Below, piece after piece: positions 25,877-39,793 of a DNA stretch of 64,000 bases. Under the pieces are notes generated by a model that was given only the letters and a program-made list of their open reading frames with translations, had not been told where the DNA came from and made no database searches. Origin of the DNA: Octopus sinensis (Eukaryota); the NCBI RefSeq assembly GCF_006345805.1, contig NC_042997.1, positions 152,086,001-152,150,000 on the forward strand, in the 5' to 3' direction. How positions within the stretch are numbered: position 1 is the first letter of the stretch; every line of letters begins with the position of its first letter. The position numbers and the translations under genes were made by a program.

Positions 25877-25983
25877 GATATATATATAGGTTAATCCAAA
25901 CGGGAAAACAGAAAAAATAACAACACGTGGAACAATTACAGTATTATTATTATTAGGCGCTCAGGAAAATGGAAGAAGGAGGG

Positions 25984-26031
<48 letters not shown>

Positions 26032-26054
26032 TGTATGTATGTATATATATATAT

Positions 26055-26245
26055 TGGACGGGCTTATTTCATTTTCCTGCGACCAAATCCACGCACAAGT
26101 CTTTGGTCAGGGTGAGACTATAGTAGAAGACAATTGTCCAAGAAATCTATCATGTAGAAGAGACTTGACCAAGGTGCCACGCAGTGGGACTGAACCCAGG
26201 ATCATGGTAAGCAAGCTACGTACTACACAGGCACTCCTGCGCCTA
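26055..26245 (-). mobile_element. Family A SINE, 5' half
   Basis: aaggtgccacgcagtgggactgaaccc...cactcctgcgccta. Confidence 0.8.
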
Positions 26246-26263
26246 TATATATATGTATATATA

Positions 26264-26306
<43 letters not shown>

Positions 26307-26330
26307 ATATACACATATATATACATATAT

Positions 26331-26404
<74 letters not shown>

Positions 26405-26500
26405 CACACACATATATATATACATAGAAAGAGAGAGAGAGAGTTACACATGTGCATACATGCATAAATTCACAAACATATATATATATATGTATGTGTC

Positions 26501-26534
<34 letters not shown>

Positions 26535-26949
26535 TGTGTGTGTGTGTGTGTGTGTGTGTATGTATGCATGTACGTACGTATCCATGCGTGTATTTAAGTA
26601 CGTTTCTGCTTTTTCACTTTATCTTCGCTTTAGTTTTAAAACCTTTAACCTTCCTGTCTTCTTTATCTTTGTAAATTTTATTCCTAAAAAATTCTGTTTC
26701 TTTTTTTTTTTTGTTTTTTTTTTTTTTTCAATTTATCAATTCCGAACTTCATTTCTTTGTTTTCATTCATCTCTTTCTGTCCTTTCTCATCTTAAAAGAT
26801 TTCCTTAGATGCACATTTTTCATGAATTCCGCAACTGCAACATAACACGCCTGCCCAATCTATGCTTTAATCATTGCCTCCACAGCATACACCAGCACCG
26901 CACCTCTAACGCGGACACAAACACAACCTCACTGTCACTTCGTCCGTCA

Positions 26950-27158
26950 CTGTCAACATCATCATCATCTTCATCATCATCATCATCATCGTCGTCATCA
27001 TCCTCATATAATAATCATTACCGTTATCATCATCTTCGTCGCCATCCCCTTCATGTCAACGTTTACGTCATCGTTTTCGTCGTCGTCGTCATCATCATCA
27101 TCATCATCATCATCACCACCATCATCATCATCATCATCATCATCACCATCACCATCAC

Positions 27159-27195
<37 letters not shown>

Positions 27196-27460
27196 GTCGT
27201 CGTCGTCGTCATCATTATCATCGTCATCGTCATCATCATCCTTATCATGACCATCCATCAACATCATCATCAGCCGCAGGAGCAGGAGCACCATCAACAA
27301 CACCACCACTACCACCGCAATCAGCACAACAACAATAAAAACCACAACAGCAACCACCACCACCACCACCACCACCACCTCCACAATAACACCAACCACA
27401 ACAGCAATTTCCACCACCACCGCCACCATCACTATCACCATCATCATCATCATCATGCTA
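26950..27460. repeat. Compound (CAT/CGT/CAC/CAA)n microsatellite
   Basis: Seen directly; accounts for the 296-aa His/Ile/Ser-rich ORF. Confidence 0.95.
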
Positions 27461-27881
27461 CGCGTAGAACGATTCTTCAATATTCATATTCTTCATCTCT
27501 TCGCGGTAGTTTCTCCGTTATAGGCCTTCTCTTTAAATTCATCCTTCTCCCCCCGCCCCCGCCACAACCACAACAACAACAATGCCAACACCTTTACCGC
27601 TATTTATATCTAGTGACCTTTTTTACGCTCCCGATATTATTTTTTTCTTTTTTTCCTTTCTCAGCAGCGTACTTTTATCATACCATAACATTTCACTGAA
27701 ATCTATTTAGCCCTTGCACTTTCCAATGTCATACTGGTTAAACCATCTTCCTAACTCCGCTTGCTACCACAGTTGGATTTTCTGCTCTTTGACACTAATA
27801 ACTATTTTTCATTATTTAGCCTTTATCTTCAAACTTCCTCAAACAAAGAACAAACAAAAACCAAAGAAAATAAATACATAC

Positions 27882-27953
<72 letters not shown>

Positions 27954-28161
27954 ATATATATATATATGTAACAGGCAAGCAAAACGAACGAACAAACACG
28001 AAAATATTAAACAATATCTGGACCATCTCCAGAACTCCAAAATTTGACACAATCAAAAGATTTGTTTTGTTTTAGATTATTCGGCGGTCTCATTCATTTT
28101 TGAAACAAATGTGTTATTCACGAAGATAACCCAAAGAAGCGAAGTGTGTGTCCATACGTGT

Positions 28162-28210
<49 letters not shown>

Positions 28211-28232
28211 ATATGTATGCATATATGTATAC

Positions 28233-28295
<63 letters not shown>

Positions 28296-29156
28296 CATAT
28301 GCATGCATATGCGTGTGTATTTATGTATGTAAGCATTCGAATTTTATTTGAACTTCGATACCTCTGTTGCAGTCACTATAAATATATAAATATTCTGCAC
28401 AGTCTTGATATGTACTGAAAGTTGAAGTATGTAAATTTGTGTAAGTGCGTGAGTACATGCGTGCTTGTGTGTGTGTGTGCGTGCGTGCATATGTACGTGC
28501 TTGGGTGTGTGCATGGCTATACATACATTTATACAGTAGAGCTGTTTTATAATGGACGCTTTAAATATTAGTATACGCTTCACACACCCAAACACATTCC
28601 GAAACATACGTATATACGTACATACATGCAAGCGTTCACATATGTAACTCACGCGCACACACACACGCACTCATACATATGTATATGTATATATTTGGGT
28701 ACTTATACAGTACTTACCCAGGCATGAAAATTATGGATGATCGGAAGAGAGAAAAGTAAACGCTTGAGATAATGCAAAAAGGGAAAGCGAAAGAAAGCTG
28801 TTAGCAATCCCTTCCAGTCGTTATTTTAATCTGTTAAGCTTTTATTTTCATTACCTTAGTTTTATATAAACATAAAGCTGCTTTGAGCACCTTTTATTTC
28901 TCTAAGTTAAACTTGGGACATAATTTTCTGCATAGTTCATTTGTTGGCAAAAATACAAATCACATAAAATATGGTCATTACAGCGACTTTAATTAAACCT
29001 CTCAGATATATTTAAATCTAACTCCGACACTCATTTCTACAAACCGTTGCAGTCTTTAGTTCAACTTCCCTGCTACTCTTTCTTCTGTCAAATTTGGCAA
29101 GTAAACAAGCTGAGAATACACGAACGTATCAATGGATACAACATCCATTACCTCAC

Positions 29157-29515
29157 TAGGGGATCTCAAAAGTTTGTGCTACATTGCTAAGCATCACCAG
29201 TGGATTGCAACGGAATGAAACTGAGGCCGAACTCACTCGGCCTGTCACTGTTGCACTCACTGTTGACTCTACCCCAATGAGGTTGAAACAAAATGGTGAA
29301 ATATTCTGCTGCTGTGATTCAGTATCTAAAGTTCAATCCACTTTTTAAGATAAAATACAAAAGTATTTTCCGTGATCTTACACCAGATTTTAATGCATTG
29401 TGGTTTTCTTTATATGTTTAGCTGGCCGACTGCTTCTAACAAGGTTTCGTAAGCAGAGCGGGTGATTTGCACACAGTAACAAGAAAGTGTAATGTTTTCT
29501 GAACGTCTCTACTCA
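29157..29515 (+). mobile_element. Possible mariner-like remnant
   Basis: Begins agggggatctcaaaagtttg, similar to mariner TIR starts; no second TIR found. Confidence 0.35.
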
Positions 29516-29519
29516 TCCA

Positions 29520-29665
29520 GAGTGATAAAAGGTGATAGAGCTATTAAATTAAATGACAAAGGTTAATCGATATATTAACTTGAGTGACAAATGCTGATCG
29601 ATCTATTAACTCGAGTGACAAAAGGCTGACCGAGCTATTAACTTGAGTGATAGAATTTGATCTAT
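29520..29665. repeat. 31-bp minisatellite, ~4.7 diverged units
   Basis: gagtgacaaaag(g)ctgatcgagctattaactt-like units start at 29520, 29551, 29582, 29613 and 29645; one more at ~29840. Confidence 0.85.
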
Positions 29666-31844
29666 GCAGTTCATTGCTGGCAAAAGTACAAGTCACATAA
29701 AATATGGTGATTACAATTGATTTAAACCTCTCAGATATATTTAAATCCTACTCCAACACTCATTTGTACCACTATTTTCGCCTCTAATTTAACATTTTTA
29801 CTATTCTTCCTTTTCTCAAATTGGCATACAAAAAAGTCTAGTGACAAAAGTTGATCGATCCGTTACTGGCATGTTTCAATTTACACCAAGTCTCTAAGAT
29901 TTTAGATCCTCAAACAATAAGTGGAATCAATTCGAAAACTTTCTGCTGATATCTCATGTTGTTACGACTTTTAGTTTTACTAGACCAAAAGTTATTACAT
30001 TTAATAAAGTAAGAATTTAGAGGATTAATTATGATACTCATTAATATATTGTCTATATATTTGAAAAGGTAAAGTTGTTAAACATCCAACATACCTTCAC
30101 AAAAAAATAACAAAACATTTACCTGATTTGCAAAAATGAAAAGTAGTTCTTGAAGTGCACCACAGCTGTTTTCCTCCTGAAAGGGATCATTTCCACCGGG
30201 TTCTGACCTGAAAACTGAGTGGAGAAATTGCCATGTTTAATAAAACTGTGATAATTTAAAACTGTTGAACTTGTCTAAACCACACGGAACATACAAGTAT
30301 ATGGCTATAAACTGTCTTTTGTCTTCTCATTAATAGGGTGGTAAAGGGTTAATATTCGTTTTCTTCTTTTTGAGTTGGTAATTGTCAGTTTGAGAATAAT
30401 TGTAATCCAGCACCTATTCATAGCTCTGCCTCTCTCTTTCTCTCACTTTCTCTCTTTCTCTGTCTCTTTTTCTATCTATCTACCTGTCTATTTATCTAGC
30501 TAGCTAGCTTTCTCTTTGATCTCCTCTTGCTTTATCTCCTCTACTGCTACTACAATCGCTATTGCTTCAATGAACCAGCATACTGCAAACACAACCTCAT
30601 CCAACATAACTCATCCAACATAACTCCCTCTTGTCTTCAAGTCAAGTAGCGCGAACCTCTACTTCATTGCTTGATTTGTGTTAAAAATGACATTGAAATC
30701 TCCCTCAAATTATATCCTAATGATGTGAAAAGAGAAACATTGGATAATGTAGTCTTTCAATGACGGATGGTCATATTGCTAACTCTTTGATCATAAATCT
30801 GTTCCATCATTACAAAAAGCCAAAACAACAACAATCTCCTCTTCACTCTGTTTTAGCGTATCACTCATTCCATTCCCTCAAAATAGTTTCCTGAACATTT
30901 CTCACTTAGAACTAGACAGACACAACGCTCTTAACAATTTCCATAACTTTTTCCTACAAGAATCAATCAACAGAAATTAATGTTGAACAACAATCACGTT
31001 GACCTTTCAAGTCGCGGTGGGAGTGGCTTGCTAAGTAAAACCCTCTCTACTCCACCTAAATGACGATCATTTTGAAAAGAGTTGCACGCTATTTAATCGA
31101 TTAGGTTAACTAAACACAAATTTAATGTTATTGAACCCAGTATATGACTGGTACTTCGTTTATCGAACCCTGGAATGGATTTCAATTCGAATATTAACGG
31201 ATATGGCTAAGTGGCAAAAGGTTTTAGTTTGATATCGATTTGTAATATTGGCTTCTAATTAACCAAAAAAGCTACATCTTTGAGTTCAGAGGGTCCTACA
31301 TAGTTGATATGTACTTTTTTCAACAACATAGAAAGGGTGAAAGACAAAGTCAACTTCAGCAGAATATAACTAAGAAGGAGAATTAACTATTATACTAATC
31401 TTTCTTGAATGACACAATACATCATATTTATACATCAAAAGAATAGAAACTGAATTTCGTAAAGTTTATGCTCTTCTGAAGCACATTAGTGACATAAATG
31501 AAATATTAATGATATCAATGATATATATGAAATGACATTAATGATTTTATAAGCTCCAAACCAAAAGCAAAATCGGCTTAAGAAAGGGCTCATAGAAGAG
31601 TCTATAGTTTTGACAATCTATGCGAGAAGAAATAGGCATAGGTATTAGTGCGGAGCTGAGAGCAAACAAATAGAATGAATGATAACAGCTATGGTTATTT
31701 GTATAAAAACTACTCGTTTTCATGTATCTGAATAGTGAGAAAATCGTTACATTTTTGAAACAAACTATCCTCTAATCGAAGCAGTACTTAACAAAGATAC
31801 CCGCTTTCACTATTTGTTTTTTAGTGCCTATATAGTCACTCGCA

Positions 31845-32065
31845 AACATAGCCAGCATCTGTTTTCCCTTCTATGACTCATTCGAACATCCAGGATATGA
31901 AAGCTGCATCAGCGTTCAATTGACTCTCATTTCAGTTGAGTAGGTTAGAGCAACATGAAACAGAGTACCTATCTTGAGGACACAACGCGCCCCTAAGCCC
32001 AGAAATATAACCCACCACATTATAATTTGTGAGACCAACATCCTAAATACTAAGCGACGTGCCTA
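31845..32065 (-). mobile_element. Decayed tRNA-derived SINE
   Basis: ttcagttgagtaggttagagcaacatgaaacagagt...ttgaggacacaac...catcctaaatactaagcgacgtgcct. Confidence 0.6.
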
Positions 32066-32707
32066 TATTTGAAACATTAGTGTAACTACTCGTTGATAAC
32101 TTAGATTTTTTCAATTACACCTTTAAAACAAATAAAATACATCTTTAAAACAAATCATCTTTAAAACAAATAAATCTGCATCCCACATTATGCATTTAGA
32201 GAACTACAGAGAAAAAGAAAGTTTTCTTCGTTAAACAAAGTGATATTTTTTTTATCTTATGATTGAACATTAATCATAATAGTCTCCTTCGTGAATTTAT
32301 CCAGAAAATTTAGCGATTTATAGGTCGAATTGTCAGTTGAACTGGATACTGAAACTGAATAAAGAGTTCTAATTGCCAGAACTTATACTAACATTAAAAC
32401 TGGCTTGCCATAATCTAAGTACATAACAGCTATGCAGCATTTGACAGCTTTTATTATTAGTTGCTATTTTTCATGCTCCTACGAGTACGACCCTACACAC
32501 AAAAGATGCAGGTTTTTCTCCCAGTAACATGACAAACACGTTTATGCTAACATTCAGAGAAGACGGGATATAAGGGCAGACTTAAAGTTAGATAATCCCC
32601 AGAGAAAGGTTTCTCGAATAAAGGATTAAAGATTTCTTTGACAAAGTAAATAGACAATTGTTGCAAAGAAGAAAAGGAAAATTATAACAGATATATATAT
32701 ATATACG

Positions 32708-32743
<36 letters not shown>

Positions 32744-32838
32744 ATATATATATACGTGCGCGCGCACACAGAGGCTCAAATACATACATATATATATATA
32801 CATATACATACATACATATATACATATATATGTGTATG

Positions 32839-32908
<70 letters not shown>

Positions 32909-33080
32909 ATATATATAATATTTGTAGTGCACCTGAGCACTGCATACAACAATTTCATTATTATTATGTATATGTATTTATACATATATATACATAAATG
33001 TATCTATATATACATTTATATATATACATAAATAGGTACATGTATATATACATACATGTATGTGTGTATGTGTGTGAGTA

Positions 33081-33113
<33 letters not shown>

Positions 33114-33831
33114 GTGTGTGTGTGTGTATGTGTGTGTGTGTGGGTGTGTGTGTGTGTGTGTTTACATAGAAAGAGAGAGGAAGAAGCGATAGAAAGTGGG
33201 AGAACGAAGAGAGATTTATTGCTAAGTTGACTTTGATGGAATTTGAGTATTGAATACAGAGAGAGAGAGACGAAGTCGAACATTGAATAGCATTTATAGT
33301 GAGACTAAGGATAGTAATCCTTATTTTAGGACGAAGATAAATGGGATATTGTAACATACATGGTTTTTCCCATGAGCGTTTGCATAGTAAGTGAACTCTG
33401 TTTTCATCGATAGAAAATCTAAACTAGGTTGCGGTCTTTACTCACCAGGAACTTTCCTCCTACTCTTCTGTACTTGCCCTGAATTCTGTTACTGCCGACT
33501 ACACTCACCAGTGACTTCAATGATTAATAAGAGTTCACTTAAGACTACATAAATCACATTAATTACTCTTTCATAGACAACTTCTCTAACTAAACACTTA
33601 TCTTAAGATGCACCCTGTTACGATAGTCTTTTAAAGTAATTTCTCCATTAGAATGAACACAGCGGGATACTTGGAAATGAAGGGTTGAGTAAAGAAATTC
33701 TTCACAGAATTAATGACGTATTATTGCTAGTTCACTTCTGCAGCCAATATCAAAAGAAAAAAATTCTTAATGAATTCTATTCTGTCACATTGGGAAAATT
33801 ATTAAACTGTAATCATTTCATTCCAGATAAT

Positions 33832-33862
<31 letters not shown>

Positions 33863-33868
33863 TGGATA

Positions 33869-33904
<36 letters not shown>

Positions 33905-33954
33905 GGATATATATATATATATGTATGTATATATATATATATATATATATTATA

Positions 33955-34165
33955 TTAAATTAGAGACAAAACCACTATTAGGCAAATCAAACAATGAAAG
34001 ACTTAAGCCAATACATATGATTAATTTATATTATTTAAATATGTAACAATTATTAAAAAATATAATTAATATCCACTACGATCGTTTCCTGCCTGCTGTC
34101 TTTAAATTTTTGAGTCGCAGTCATTCATCAGGTGGTTTCAAAATTTTTCTTGGCGAGTTTTAAAC
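33955..34165 (-). repeat. TA-flanked repeat fragment carrying a hammerhead motif (same family as 46864-47075)
   Basis: ttagagacaaaaccactatt..gcaaatcaaacaa.gaaagacttaa.ccaatacat is shared with the 46.9-kb palindrome. Confidence 0.75.
34073..34135 (-). ncRNA. Minimal type I hammerhead ribozyme motif
   Basis: ccac-CUGAUGA-a-ugacugc...gcaggca-g-GAAA-CGAUCG-U-A-gugg; stem I ccac/gugg, palindromic ACGAUCGU stem III, GUA cleavage triplet. Confidence 0.7.
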
Positions 34166-35324
34166 AATATATATATATATTCAATTTATTTAATTATCTA
34201 AATATCCATAAAATGATTTTTTTTTTTAATATTCATAAAATTCTACATGTAATGAAATGCTAGTGTCTCCTAAATCTCAAAAGCATTATATGGCTTGGTG
34301 CTAAGTAACGGTTTTATAGCTGGAAATAGGTGGGAAAGTAAATCTTCATTCTACATAATATACTGGTGTATCTAAAGTAATTCCCAATAGTTCGTGTACC
34401 TATTTTCAATGCCAAAAAGTATTGAAGCAGACTGCATAAATGATATACTACTTTGCCGAGATGATACCGTTCAAAATTTACAAAGTTGCCAACTCTTTAA
34501 GAGATAAATCACAATCAAGTATTTCAGCAGCAATCTTTCACGTAGTAACAGTACAGGAAACAAGGTTATTCTTAAACCATATTAACTATTTGGGGATTAT
34601 GAAATTTAAACTGACATCGTAGACAAATCTGATTGCAAATATTTACTTTGCTATTCATACTAGAATGAAGATAATTCCGCCGTTGTTAGCAAATCTAAAA
34701 CACGTCGAGAATAATAACTTCGCACACACGCATATAGACACACACAAACACATGCACACATGCGTACACGTATGCATAGTTATATACAGAATATAATCAC
34801 ACATACACACGCATCAGAGACAATAGGAGGAATGTATGGGGAATAAGCAAACACGTTGAGAAAGTTAAGCAAGGAGCGATGACTAAGTTATCCGAAGCTG
34901 TTGTTTTAAGGAGAGTGGTTCTATAAAATAATTCGTATAACTCAACTCTCTGACAGTGATAAAATATATTCTGTACTTTCCTACTTCGTATCTCACTGAC
35001 CTGTGCCATAGTCAAAAGGTTCCTTATACATTGTTGCTAGTTACATTACTAGCCGTAGCTGAGAGGTCAAAAGGCTCCCTGATATTACTGCTTCAATATA
35101 TAAATGAACCATCTCAATAATCAAGATAGAGGATTTACATTTATAATCCCTAGCTGCTTTGATTATCTTGCGATCGATAATATAAGCGCTGTTGATATAA
35201 CACAATATAATACAGTAGTACTTAATAATATATGTGACAAAGCAGTGTGTAAGCAAAATCGTTAGGTCCCCTCATTAAAAACCTTGCAATATTTAGTTCA
35301 GGCGCTTCACGTTCTATGTTCGAA

Positions 35325-35562
35325 TACCTATTTCTTTACTACCCACAAGGGGCTAAACACAGAGGGGACAAACAAGGACAGACAAACGGATTAAGTCGAT
35401 TACATCGGCCCCAGTGCGTAACTGGTACTTAATTTATCGACCCCGAAAGGATGAAAGGCAAAGTCGACCTCGGCGGAATTTGAACTCAGAACGTAACGGC
35501 AGACGAAATACGGCTACGCATTTCGCCCGGCGTGCTAACGATTCTGCCAGCTCGCCGCCTTC
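35325..35562 (-). mobile_element. Nin/Deu-like SINE, near full length
   Basis: Minus strand aggcggcgagctggcagaatcgttagc...gagttcaaattccgccgaggtcgactttgcctttcatcctttcggggtcgataaattaagtaccag. Confidence 0.85.
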
Positions 35563-36962
35563 ATCGAATACCGCCATGGCCAACTTTACCTGTTTTCATT
35601 CTGGCATTGATAAAATGAATGTATCAGTCAAATGCTGTTCCACCTGATAGACTGCTTTTGGTATTCTCTGGGCATCTCCAAACAAAAGCTGAGTATCTCA
35701 AAACAATCATCTTATTACTGCTTGCGTTTTAAGGATGCACGACGATATATTACACAAGAGACACGATACTCCTGTGGGGACTATTAATATTGGAACAACT
35801 CAACACGCAAATACAATAATTAAAGATATGTAAAGATATGTGGCAAATTCATCATGTTGTCAGACGCAAGTTAACAAAAGATATAAGTAGTACTATTTTA
35901 CCGATTCTTCAAGTTATGAATGATAAAGTCAAAACGGATGGGGTTTTGGCAAAGAATTAAAAGAATGTAACTCAATACCTAAACGTATTTTATTTGGCAT
36001 GCTACTGTATTTCCTGCTCTACCACTCTTACAATACCAGATACCATAACATAACTAGCATAACACATAACATGATATCATCTAATATAATCATAGAGATG
36101 TGATGATTTATGCGATATTATGTTGATTTTTTATTCTTTTAAGAATGAAAGAATATCGTAATATAACATAAAAAATATTATATTGCATTATCTTATATCA
36201 TATTATATAATATTGTTATCTATGTTATATCTAATTTGGAAACCATTTCCCTTCATTCCCTGCTAATGTTCTTGAAAAAAGCAGGAATATAATAATATGG
36301 GAGTGTTATTCTTTAATATATGTAGCCAGGGTATTGACAGGGTAAACTTTGCCTTTCATTCGTCTTCGAACCGATAAAATATGTTATTGAACCGATATTT
36401 ACTACAAATTGTGTGGACTGAGTAGGTTGGAAATCATCGTATAAAGTATAATATGGTTTAACAGTTCTTGAAACCACCGGAAACCACCTATTTTCTTTCC
36501 GGCACATCGACAAAGTAAAGGCACTAAGTTGGCTAGTCAGATATGAGATTTGAAGACCAACTGCACACCACATACAATAAAGTAGAATATTGTAGAAAAA
36601 TCCATAAAATGTGGTAATCTATTTCCGTTAAATTATTCTACAGCTGACTTAATTGTGGTTTCACGGTCAAAGGGACATAATTCTTTTTTTTTTCTTTTTC
36701 TTTCTTTTCGTTTTTTTTTTTTTCGTTTCCATTTACCCTTCCAATTTTTACATTTACCTTCTGATGATGTTTTTCTTGTGATTTCTTTTCTACAAGCGTC
36801 ATATGCTCAAAGTCTGCACATAGCTTGGTGACACAAGGCGTGTTATCAAAATCTGCCTGGACTCGCATCTCCAAAGCGAGAATCTATACTGTGTACATTC
36901 AATCACACACACTCACGCACACACACACACTCACACACACACACATACACACACACACACAC

Positions 36963-38002
36963 AAAAGATCTGGCTTTGAGTATGCTTTCTTGCTCTTTTT
37001 CTGGATTATTCTGTCCATTATGCCCCAGAGGTGTTCAATTGGGTTCATATCTGGTGGCTGGCTTGACCATGGAAGCTTTTTAATGTCATTCTCATCCAAC
37101 AATTCTTGGGTCATTTTAGCCATGTGACAAGGAGCTCCATCTTCCATAAATAAAGAGTCTTCTGCAATCATTTCATCACTGGAGAAGATTAGAAAAAGTC
37201 ATTTCTGCAATATGGACACATATTTATCTGAGTTTATGTTTCCCTCACACTCCACCAACTCTGGTCGACCATTGCTCCAAATTCTTCCCCAGATCATCAC
37301 AGAACAGCTGCCATGTTTCAATGTTGGCTGCAATCGTTTCACGTCGAGTTCTTGATCACAGAGTCTCCTGACCCACACCCGACCACTGTCAGAAAATACA
37401 GCAAATCTGGACTCATTAGAGAATATGACAGTGTCCCAAAATGTTAGGGGCTTCTCCACCATCTCACTGGTCCAATCTTTTTTCTGCTTGATATTGGCTG
37501 GTCAAAGAAGTGGCTTCCTTCTTGCTGCTCTGCCAAGATTACCAAGTTTGTGGAGATACCTGACAGCTGTTCTGGGACTCACATCAACGTGTTCTGCTAT
37601 GTCAGGGGCTTTGTAACTAGGATTATCCTCCACACTTCTCTTAACAAAGAGAGGTGTCCTGTCAGATAGGGCGAGGTGATGTGGACTCCTGGTCAATCTG
37701 GGCGAGGTGATATAAACTCCTTTCCTTCTCTGGTGAATTGCACAATCACTCTATGAACTGTCGAAAGCGGGATCCCAAGACATTCTGTGATTGTACACTG
37801 ACTGTGTCCACCTTCAGATTGACCCACAATGTAGCCTCTTTCAAATTCAGACACTTCCAAGGTTTCTTTTGTACATGACATCATTAAACAGTCACATATA
37901 GAACTTGAAGCATAAAAATATCAATTAATATGAACCTTTACAAGTTAGAATATATATAAAACGATGTTTTATGGGTGTCTATTTACTTCTTTCATGTCTG
38001 TG
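36963..38002 (-). mobile_element. Tc1-family (DD34E) DNA transposon, decayed and 3'-truncated
   Basis: LSEFERG.IVG-like HTH start, ARRKPLL, W..VIFSNESRF (first D replaced by N), EDGAPCH-34 aa-DMNPIE; left end lost in a (CA)n tract. Confidence 0.9.
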
Positions 38003-38009
38003 TATATAT

Positions 38010-38418
38010 ATCGTTGCTATTATGTTAAACTGTCGTATATCCAAATTTGACTAAATGCGTTTTTCTTTTTTTTTTTTTTTTCCAATATCTAATTTTGCTT
38101 GCAATAGCCGGTTCTTTCGGTCAAACTATCACATCTCCAGCTGCTTCAAATGCCACGATATGAAAATTGACAAAGTGTAGTACAACGGCTTAGCATTTTT
38201 CAAAAGTGAACTAAGTCCCACGTACAATTTTGCAAAACTATTTATTACTGAAAATATCATATATGCATGGGGTTACGATTTTATGCACCCAACAAAATAT
38301 CATTCTTAAACTGAAACTGTTGCTAATGTAAAAAGAAATGGAATGGTGAAACTACTTTTTCGTTTTCTGGAAAAGCATCGCTTTAGACTTACTGCACTTT
38401 TTGCATAATAGCAACGTT
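38010..38418. mobile_element. MITE with 15-bp TIRs (longer copy of the 2453-2711 family)
   Basis: atcgttgctattatg ... cataatagcaacgtt, flanked by TA. Confidence 0.82.
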
Positions 38419-38443
38419 ATATATATATATCTATCATATATAT

Positions 38444-38499
<56 letters not shown>

Positions 38500-38609
38500 A
38501 TATAGATATATGGTAAAAACGGTAAGATAACAAAAAAAAAAGAAAGAGACCTCAATATTAGTAAGTAGAGGAATTTATCTGTAATATAATATGTGACAAT
38601 TATTCGGTA

Positions 38610-38677
38610 GCCAAGATAAAACTCTGAGTTTCGGAGCGGAGGTGGAAATCCACACCACCATCTCTTCGTTATCCGGC
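38610..38677 (-). ncRNA. Degenerate hammerhead-like motif (1 nt missing from the core)
   Basis: gccggauaa-CGAAGA-(imperfect stem II)-GAAA-CUCAGAG-U-U-uuaucuuggc; long stem I, near-palindromic stem III. Confidence 0.45.
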
Positions 38678-38709
38678 AATCGGAATAACTGATATATATA
38701 TATATATAC

Positions 38710-38756
<47 letters not shown>

Positions 38757-39518
38757 TATATATATATAGATATATTGCTCGCTCTCTCTTTTCTATATAT
38801 ATATATATATATGTTAATAAATAGAATATATGCATATATATAAACATATATGTACGTACCTACCTCTACATGTACATATACACGCATATATGAGTACAGG
38901 ACACCAAAAAGACGTCGAACACAATGAGAAACGAAGACATAGACACAAACCAAAGGAACTGGACATTTTTTAAACAACAAAAAAATAGAGTACAGGACAA
39001 TTAACACAAAGAAAAAAACCTTCTTCAGTCGCTATGGTTTCATCTACTCTACGTTTCGAAATATATAGATATATACACATACACACGCTTACATACCTTA
39101 ATATGTATTTTGCTACATAAAATATAAACAGACTGACAATATCAATAAGGGTTTCCTAAAACTTTTTAAACTGTTGCCAGAATTTTACTTAGTTTTATAT
39201 TTTTAGCGTGTTCAGAAAACTTGTTTTGAGAATCCAGATTAGAATCAATTTATATGAATATATGCGTCCATACCTATTTTTATATGTATGAATCCATACA
39301 TATATACATACATTATTTATTATATTCATAAAAGATTTTTTTTTGTTTTTTCTATAGCATATATGTTCTGTTTTATTCATTTTTCTTCCATTCTGCCGCT
39401 TCATCTCTTATTATCTGTATGTGAGTCTGTGTTTGTGTGTGGTGAGTGTTAGCGTTTGTGTACGTATGTGTATATGCATGTATGTAAAAATATCTATATC
39501 TATGTGTAAATATATATG

Positions 39519-39549
<31 letters not shown>

Positions 39550-39755
39550 GTGTCTGTCTGTGTGTGTGTGTGTGTGTGTGTATACACATATATATATATA
39601 CATATATATGCATAAATATAAATTTATAACTAGATATATGTGTGTGTAAATAGACATATATATTTATTTATAAACATATATATATATATGTAACTATAAT
39701 ATTAAACATATGTAAATATGTATTATATGTGCGTAATACATGTATATAAATGTAC

Positions 39756-39793
<38 letters not shown>

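Noticed and set aside
26809-27699. 296-aa His/Ile/Ser-rich ORF (also 24693-25049, Asp/Gly-rich)
   Set aside because: Pure trinucleotide repeat, open on both strands, no domain or splice support
28718-28762. Possible 45-nt minus-strand exon with AG and GTAAGT boundaries
   Set aside because: Peptides unrecognisable; single isolated candidate (likewise a 24-nt candidate near 48840-48865)
30330-30352. aagggttaa end resembling a piggyBac terminus
   Set aside because: No matching ttaaccct left end found nearby
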